The position numbers and the translations under genes are program-made. The notes under the pieces were generated by a model. It had not been told where the DNA came from. It was given only the letters and a program-made list of their open reading frames with translations, and ran no database searches. Below are positions 57,832 through 64,000 of a stretch of 64,000 bases of DNA, piece after piece. Numbering within the stretch: position 1 is the first letter of the stretch; each line of letters starts with the position of its first letter. The stretch is from Planctomycetota bacterium (GTDB taxonomy: Bacteria > Planctomycetota > PLA2 > JAEUHO01): NCBI GenBank assembly GCA_965223505.1, contig CBDCWP010000021.1, positions 32,001-96,000 on the forward strand, read 5' to 3'.

Positions 57832-60616
57832 CGACGGCATCGACGACGCGGTGCAGTTCCTTGATCGAGATCGGCTTGGAGATGTACTCGTCCATGCCGG
57901 CCTCGATGCAGCGCTCCCGGTCGCCTTGCATGGAATGCGCGGTCATCGCGATGATCGGAATCTCCGGGGATGCCGGCGTTTCGCCGGCGCGAATCCGGTG
58001 GGTCACCTCGAAGCCGTCGATCCCGGGCATCTGAACGTCCATTAGGATCAGGTCGAAGTGCCCTGAGCCGAGCAGCTCGATCGCGGCCTCGCCGGACTCG
58101 GCAATCGCGACGTCGTGACCACGCTTGTGAAGCATGTGTTGTGCGACGGCGGAGTTGACGGGATTGTCCTCGACCAGCAGCACACGCAGCGTGGGGCCGC
58201 GCTCGGGCTCGCCGTTGTCGTGGTTCGTGACGGCGGGGGACGCGGCACCCATCGCGAGTTGGATCTCGTCGAGAAGCTCGGACGGGTTGACGGGCTTGAG
58301 GAGCTGCGATCGGTAGCCGAGTTCCTTCGCGCGGTGCATCCCGCCGGGGTACGAGCCGGAGCTGAGCAGGATCAGCTCGACGTTCGGGATCGAGCCGTCG
58401 CCGTGCAGGGCCTCGGCGAACATGAAGCCGTCGGCCTTGGGCATGTGGAAGTCCACGATCGCCATGCGGATCGGATCGTCGGTGTCCGCGGCGGCACGCA
58501 GCCGATCCAGGCCGGCCTCCGCGCCCGCGACGGAGACGGGCCGCAGCCCCCAGCGCTGCAACAGACGCTCGAGCACCATCCGATTGGTTTCGTTGTCGTC
58601 CACGATCAGTACCGGCAGTCCGCGCAGGTTCGCGGGCGGCCGGTCGAAAATCGGAAGCGCCGCCTCGGGCGCGAGGCCCACCGGGATCACGAAGTGGAAC
58701 GTGCTGCCCTTGCCCACCTCGCTCTCCACCCAGATGCGACCTCCCATGAGATCGACGAGCCGCGCGGAGATGGCGAGCCCCAGACCGGTGCCCCCGTACT
58801 GTCGCGTCGTCGACGCATCCGCCTGCGCAAAGGCCTCGAAGATGTGCTCGACCTTCTCGGGGGGAATGCCGACACCGGTATCCCGGACCTGGAAGTGCAG
58901 TTCGACGCGATCCGCCCTGAGCGGCCCCTCGGGCTCCACGTGCACGACGACCTCGCCGTCCTTCGTGAACTTGACCGCATTGCCGACGAGATTGACGAGG
59001 ATCTGACGAATGCGAGCGACGTCTCCGACGACGCCGTCCGGCACTTGCGTTGCGACGTCCCAGGCCAGCTCGAGTCCCTTGTCGGACGCGCGTACGCCGA
59101 GGACCTGCAGCGTTCGGCCGATGAAGTCGCGCAGGCTGAACGGACGCGGGTCGAGCTCGAGCTTGCGGGCCTCGATCTTGGAGAAGTCGAGGATGTCGTT
59201 CAGCACCGTCATCAGCGCGTCGGCGGAGTACTTCACGGCATCGAGGTACTGACGCTGCTCGGCGGTGAGCTGCGTGTCGAGGGCGAGCTCGGTCATCCCG
59301 AGAACGCCGTTCATGGGCGTGCGCACCTCGTGACTCATGTTCGCGAGGAACTCGCTCTTGGCCCGCGTCGCGGCCTCGGCGTGCTCCTTGGCTTCGACGA
59401 GCTGGGCCTGCGCGCTCTCCAGCGCCCCGGCCATGTGGTTGAAGCGTTCGCCGAGATCGTAGAGCTCATCCTTGCCGTCGATCTCCACACGGGCAGACAG
59501 ATCGCCCTCGCCGACGGCCGTGGCCGCGCGGCCCAGCCGCCCGATTCGCCTCGTGAGCGCGTGCGCGATCAGCCACCCGAACGCGAGCGCGAGCAAGGTC
59601 GCCAATCCCGCCGTGATGATCGTCGTCCTGCGCAGCTCGTCGATGGGCCCGAAGACGTGGTCCTGATCCCATTCCCAGAGGAGGATCCAGCCCAGCCCGC
59701 CGAAGCTCTCGTGCCCGCGGGATCGCGCGAAGGCTGAGAGCACCTCACGACCGCCTCGCGTGTGCTCGGCTACGAGCACGTCGCTCTCGCCTCCGAACGC
59801 GACGCCCTCGAAGAACACCGGCGCCTCGCGCGGCTCGCCGATCGGCTCGTCGCTGATGTGAATGAGCAACCGGTTGCCGCTGAACAGCGCTACGCGGCCG
59901 CCGGCCAGCCCCTGCGCGCGTTCGTTGATGAGCTCGATGACGTCGTGGATGTTGAGGACCGCCTTCAGGACGCCGGCGAACGCGCCGTCGGCATCCGTCA
60001 GTCGAACGCAGACGTCGCAGGAGTAGATCCCGGCGCTGTCGTCGAACTGGACGTCGCCGACGTAGACCCCCTCCTCCTTGGCCGTGTCCCACCACGTCTC
60101 GCCCTTCTGCATGAAGTCCGACGTTCGATGCGTCTGCGCGACGTTCGCGCCGTACCGATTGGTGAGGAAGACCTCACCGAAAACGGGATATCCGCGCGCG
60201 TTGCTCAGCTTCCGGAGGCGCAGCCGCATGTCGGCGGAGAGAGGGTCGGCGATCAGCTCCCTCATGAGCGGTGTCTCGCCCGGCGACGCCTGCCAGCGCT
60301 CGTCCTGATCACGAATGTACGCATCCACGTCGTCGAGACGGGCGAATGCGGCGTGCGAGCTCTTCAGCGCGTCGCGCACGGGACTGCTGTCCGCGTAGGC
60401 CTCCCACTCGCGGACCCAGCCGGCCATGTCGCGGTCGATCTCGCTCATCAAGGCGCGCACCTGCATCTTGGACGATTTCTCGATCGCCTCGCGCAGGCTC
60501 GCCTCGCCGGACGACGATGCGTAGAACGCCGTCCCCCAGATCAGAACGACGGGCAGCAGGGCCCCCAGGATGAGCTTTGTAGCGATCCGCACGGCGGCAC
60601 AGATACTAGCCCGCAT
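57812..60616 (-). CDS. Membrane hybrid sensor kinase (Cache-like periplasmic domain, HAMP, HisKA, HATPase, two REC); start may be GTG 60592
   Basis: [41 protein letters not shown], two receivers (VDFHMP, MDVQMP). Confidence 0.93.
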   Translation of the reverse strand: MRASICAAVRIATKLILGALLPVVLIWGTAFYASSSGEASLREAIEKSSKMQVRALMSEIDRDMAGWVREWEAYADSSPVRDALKSSHAAFARLDDVDAYIRDQDERWQASPGETPLMRELIADPLSADMRLRLRKLSNARGYPVFGEVFLTNRYGANVAQTHRTSDFMQKGETWWDTAKEEGVYVGDVQFDDSAGIYSCDVCVRLTDADGAFAGVLKAVLNIHDVIELINERAQGLAGGRVALFSGNRLLIHISDEPIGEPREAPVFFEGVAFGGESDVLVAEHTRGGREVLSAFARSRGHESFGGLGWILLWEWDQDHVFGPIDELRRTTIITAGLATLLALAFGWLIAHALTRRIGRLGRAATAVGEGDLSARVEIDGKDELYDLGERFNHMAGALESAQAQLVEAKEHAEAATRAKSEFLANMSHEVRTPMNGVLGMTELALDTQLTAEQRQYLDAVKYSADALMTVLNDILDFSKIEARKLELDPRPFSLRDFIGRTLQVLGVRASDKGLELAWDVATQVPDGVVGDVARIRQILVNLVGNAVKFTKDGEVVVHVEPEGPLRADRVELHFQVRDTGVGIPPEKVEHIFEAFAQADASTTRQYGGTGLGLAISARLVDLMGGRIWVESEVGKGSTFHFVIPVGLAPEAALPIFDRPPANLRGLPVLIVDDNETNRMVLERLLQRWGLRPVSVAGAEAGLDRLRAAADTDDPIRMAIVDFHMPKADGFMFAEALHGDGSIPNVELILLSSGSYPGGMHRAKELGYRSQLLKPVNPSELLDEIQLAMGAASPAVTNHDNGEPERGPTLRVLLVEDNPVNSAVAQHMLHKRGHDVAIAESGEAAIELLGSGHFDLILMDVQMPGIDGFEVTHRIRAGETPASPEIPIIAMTAHSMQGDRERCIEAGMDEYISKPISIKELHRVVDAVATPADS

Positions 60617-60747
60617 GGTTCATGAACTGGCGCTGAAGTCGTGCGGTTCTCGCCCGCCTTTCTGCCCGGTCTCCTCGCGCAGAACCGCCGCTCGGCGACC
60701 GAACGTCTTCGCCCCCCGGTGCTCGCGCCGGAATCTCACAAGGGGAT

Positions 60748-63045
60748 CTACTGCGCGGGCGAGCCCTCCGGCTGCGCGGCGGATCCTGCGAAGCTCCGGT
60801 CGACCACCACCTCCGGTCGTGCCCCTTTCACGTGTTTCCAGCGAGAGATCATGAACCAAGCGATCGGCACGACGCCGCCGAACGTGAAGATCCACCCGCC
60901 GACCGCACGCATCCAGGTCAGCGTCTGGAAGGTGGAGCCTCCGATGAAATCCGCCGACCTTGCGGACGCGTATCCGTCCTCGAGCACTACGCCGAGTTGC
61001 ACGAGACCGACCGGCAGCGTATCGAGGAGCAGCATCAGCATCAGTCCGATGTTGAGCGCCCAGAACGAGGACCTCAGCGTTCCAGCCCCCCACTTGCCTT
61101 CCGGCAACAGGAACCGTGCGCAGAACAAGCTGACTCCGATCGCCAGGTTGCCGTATACGCCCATCAACGCAGCGTGACCGTGATTCACCGTCAGGTACGT
61201 GCCGTGCTCGTAGTAGTTGACGATGGGAAGATTGATGATGAGGCCGAAGACGCCCGCGCCGAGGAAGTTCCAGAAGTTCACGCCGATGAGGAACAGGAAT
61301 GCGACGTCCTGCCCGAAGCGCGCGCGGTTACCAGGGTTCTTCGCGGTAGCGAGCGCGCGCGCGGGCATTCGTCGGAACTTCCATGCATCGAGTGTGAGCA
61401 GGATCAACGGAAGGACCTGCAGCGTGGAGAAAACACTGCCCAAAGCGAGCATCGAGACCGGCTTTGCGTTCCAGTAGAAGTTGTGGGCAATGCCCAGCAG
61501 GCCGGATCCCAAGAAAAGCAGCGTCGCGATGTAGCAGGCCCGGACCGCGCGCTGCTTGCTCACAAGCCCCATGAAGACGAGGAAGAACGCGACGATCACC
61601 GTCGTGAAGACCTCGAAGAAACCCTCGACCCACATGTGAATCACGGCCCAACGCCAGAAGTCCGCAATCACGAAGTTCGTCTTTGGTCCCGAGATGAACC
61701 CGGAGATGAAGAGCACGAGCACGGAGCACACGGTGAACACCAGAAGCCACGGAAGCGAAAGCGGGCCCATGCGCCGAATGGCCGGCTTCGCACCTCGGTA
61801 GAGAATCAACAACCACAGCGCGATGGCGACGAACAGCAGCCCCTGCCATGCGCGGCCGAATTCGACGAACTCCCATCCTTGATGACCCAGCATGCGCCAA
61901 TAGCCCTGCATGACGCCCTTGGGTCCCAGAACGATGCCGACGAGACTGCCCACGACGAGCACGATGACGAGCCAGAACAGGGAGCGCACGAGCAGCATCT
62001 GCTTCGGGGGTTCCTCGCCGGAGATCTTCGGCAACAGGAAGATCGAAGCGCCCATCCAGCAAGCGCTGATCCAGAACAGCGCCAACGCCAAGTGCAGGCT
62101 CCGCGTGATCGTCACCGGCAGCCACACCGCGATGTCGATCCCGAAGAAGACGGTCGCGCCCAGAAAGTCGTGCGCGACGAGCGCGCCGAAGAGGACTTGA
62201 ACCAAGAACAGCACGGACGCGACCGCCATGAACGGATAGGCGGCTCGCTGAGTGGGAGTCGGCGTGGACTTCGCGACGCCGTCGTCGGTCAGGACGTCGG
62301 ACTTGTCACTCACGTCCCAACCGGCGGTTCGTCCGGCCCGACCGTAGCCGTAGAGGACGAACCCGACACCGAGGATGAACCCGAGGATGCCGATCACGCT
62401 CCAGAGTGTCGTGGGCGCGCTGGGCTGATTGCCGGCCTCGGGATCGAACGGCCAGTTGTGCGTGTAGCTGTAGTCGTAGCCGGGCCGTCGAGCACCGCAA
62501 ACCCATGCTCCCCAATAGAAGAACGCAGCGAGGTCGGACAGCTCCCGCTCGTCGGTGATGTAGCCTGCCGGCTCGAATCCCCCGTCGCCCTCGTCCGTGA
62601 AGAACCAGGCGACGTGGCCCGCGTAGATTCCGTACGCATGCACGTCCGCCGCCGAAAGCGTCACGACGTTCCTCTCGGCGTCTAGCGTGTTGTTCTTGAT
62701 CTCGCGTTGAACCCGCAACGCGACGACATCCTCGTCCACGCCGCTCTCGCGCGCGTAGTACGCCCGCATGTACTGCGCGCGGCGACGAAGCGCATCCGCA
62801 GTGAAGTCCGGCCCGCGACCGGATCCGTCGCCGAAGTAGGAACCGTACTCCATCAACGCGCGCTGCAAGAACACGGCCTGGCCGGCGAGGATCTTCTCTT
62901 CGTCGAACAGCACGGCCCCGTCCGGCCCCTCGAACCTGGCCATTGGCGGCGCGTCCTGATAGGTGCGCGTCGCCATCCAAGCGAGACCCGCGCCCCCGGT
63001 CACGATCACGACGAAGAGCGGGATCCACCAATGACGTTTCTTCAT
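60748..63045 (-). CDS. Single-subunit heme-copper oxidoreductase of the qNor family with Nod-like (putative NO dismutase) substitutions, 765 aa
   Basis: GPDFTA, YTHNWP, RSLH, GHQGWEFVE, HMWVEGFFEVF, GIAHNFYW, STLQVLP, INLPIVNYYEHGT, NHGHAALMG; GGAGGA RBS. Confidence 0.9.
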   Translation of the reverse strand: MKKRHWWIPLFVVIVTGGAGLAWMATRTYQDAPPMARFEGPDGAVLFDEEKILAGQAVFLQRALMEYGSYFGDGSGRGPDFTADALRRRAQYMRAYYARESGVDEDVVALRVQREIKNNTLDAERNVVTLSAADVHAYGIYAGHVAWFFTDEGDGGFEPAGYITDERELSDLAAFFYWGAWVCGARRPGYDYSYTHNWPFDPEAGNQPSAPTTLWSVIGILGFILGVGFVLYGYGRAGRTAGWDVSDKSDVLTDDGVAKSTPTPTQRAAYPFMAVASVLFLVQVLFGALVAHDFLGATVFFGIDIAVWLPVTITRSLHLALALFWISACWMGASIFLLPKISGEEPPKQMLLVRSLFWLVIVLVVGSLVGIVLGPKGVMQGYWRMLGHQGWEFVEFGRAWQGLLFVAIALWLLILYRGAKPAIRRMGPLSLPWLLVFTVCSVLVLFISGFISGPKTNFVIADFWRWAVIHMWVEGFFEVFTTVIVAFFLVFMGLVSKQRAVRACYIATLLFLGSGLLGIAHNFYWNAKPVSMLALGSVFSTLQVLPLILLTLDAWKFRRMPARALATAKNPGNRARFGQDVAFLFLIGVNFWNFLGAGVFGLIINLPIVNYYEHGTYLTVNHGHAALMGVYGNLAIGVSLFCARFLLPEGKWGAGTLRSSFWALNIGLMLMLLLDTLPVGLVQLGVVLEDGYASARSADFIGGSTFQTLTWMRAVGGWIFTFGGVVPIAWFMISRWKHVKGARPEVVVDRSFAGSAAQPEGSPAQ

Positions 63046-63232
63046 TGGTCCTCCATCCAACTGACACGTCGCTGAAACCCGAGCGCGCAAACCCGGTCGC
63101 GCACGTGAACGCCGGAATTCCGACCTTTCCGATGTCGCTGGGGGTACGTACGCAGTATCGAACGGACGGCGTGGAATCGTCCGCAATCGGGCAGTCCTCC
63201 GTGGAGCCGTCGTTTTCAGCGAGACTGCGCGC

Positions 63233-64000
63233 ATGCGTACGAAGCCGCGCCCATTGATCCTCCGAGACGGCACGTCGCTGCTCGTTCGGCCGGCGGAGCC
63301 GGCGGATACGGAAGCCTTCGACGCGTTCATCGACCGCATGGCGGTCGAGCGTTCGACGACCGGCTGCGACGCGTCGAATCCTTCGGAGCAGTTCTGCTTG
63401 CTGGCGCTCCGCACGCTCGACGGCGCGCAACGGGTGGTCGGCGCGGCGGAGTACGTCGTCACCGACGACGGATGCGCGAACGCGGCCCTCGGCGTCGACG
63501 AGGCGTTCAGAGGGCTCGGACTCGCGACCGGGCTCCTGCGTCGTTTGGCGCTCACGGCCGCGCATCACGACGTGCGCGTGCTGCGGGCGCGGTCCGGCAG
63601 CGCCGCGCTGCTCGAGGTGCTACGCAATTCGGGCGTCCCGCAGCTCGACACCGCCGAGGCGGGCACGGTCTCGTTCGATCTCGGCGCCGTGCCGACGCCG
63701 CAGAGTCGCGAGCAGTCGGAGACGCGGGATCGCCTCGCGACCGCGGCGTCGATCCATCCGTTCTTCCATCCGACCGCCGTCGCCGTGATCGGCGCGTCGC
63801 GTGACCCGAAGAGCCTCGGGGCGCGAACGCTGCGCGCGCTCGTGAAAAACCGCTTCCGTGGTCCGGTCTACGCCGTGAACCCGAAAGCCGACTCCATCGG
63901 CGCGATGCCGTGCTTCCCGTCCGTTGCCGCTCTGCCGCGCGAGGTCGAGCTGGCAATCGTCCTCGTCCCCAAGGAGCACGTGCTCGGCGTCGTCGACGAG
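63233..64000 (+). CDS. GNAT plus CoA-binding (acetate-CoA ligase-like) protein, Pat/PatZ-type lysine acetyltransferase; 3'-truncated
   Basis: Not in the ORF track (no stop in window): ILRDGTSLLVRPAEPAD, VDEAFRGLGLAT, FHPTAVAVIGASRD, VYAVNP. Confidence 0.85.
   Translation, partial: MRTKPRPLILRDGTSLLVRPAEPADTEAFDAFIDRMAVERSTTGCDASNPSEQFCLLALRTLDGAQRVVGAAEYVVTDDGCANAALGVDEAFRGLGLATGLLRRLALTAAHHDVRVLRARSGSAALLEVLRNSGVPQLDTAEAGTVSFDLGAVPTPQSREQSETRDRLATAASIHPFFHPTAVAVIGASRDPKSLGARTLRALVKNRFRGPVYAVNPKADSIGAMPCFPSVAALPREVELAIVLVPKEHVLGVVDE

Noticed and set aside
60748..63555. 935-aa version of the Nor/Nod protein
   Set aside because: The extension is antisense to the GNAT gene; the RBS and family length support 63045.
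1..64000. Many long antisense and alternate-frame ORFs (e.g. 3643-5493, 6156-8237, 13071-15419, 20681-22918, 27644-29857, 39506-41554)
   Set aside because: Expected stop-codon scarcity at high GC; Arg/Ala/Pro-rich, without motifs, and overlapping well-supported genes.
36900..64000. Right half as a genomic island (seems slightly lower GC)
   Set aside because: Impression only and not computed; no integrase, transposase or flanking att repeats seen, and amino-acid composition could explain it.

Overview
High-GC (roughly 65-70% by eye) bacterial chromosome segment. Gene content (DUF1800/DUF1501 pairs, HEAT-vWA, DUF1573, multiheme-TPR, divergent PGK, argF'-type carbamoyltransferase, futalosine-pathway mqnD) suggests an uncultured Planctomycetota-like organism (inference). 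It holds about 52 CDS, one tRNA-Ala(CGC), a GTAG-type REP cluster and a frameshifted kinase/receiver remnant. No CRISPR array, rRNA, integrase or IS transposase was seen. The first 38 kb is mixed housekeeping, transport, signalling and envelope genes. Main highlights: (1) a qNor-family heme-copper oxidoreductase at 60748-63045 with the His-to-Asn, Glu-to-Gln and Asp-to-Gly substitutions reported for putative NO dismutases (Nod), while keeping some qNor residues; (2) a triplicated exported cassette at 39.5-57.8 kb of DUF1800 lipoprotein, Tat-signal DUF1501 and (twice) a GSDH-like beta-propeller lipoprotein that appears to lack the catalytic His, with a shared Ig-like module; (3) several apparently degenerate enzymes (MqnD with a histone-H1-like tail, a Cys-free thioredoxin-fold TPR protein, a divergent PGK); (4) a recurring TANNNT-6 nt-start codon pattern consistent with leaderless mRNAs; (5) a duplication of the tRNA 3' end. 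All family calls come from motif recognition by eye; no database search was run.
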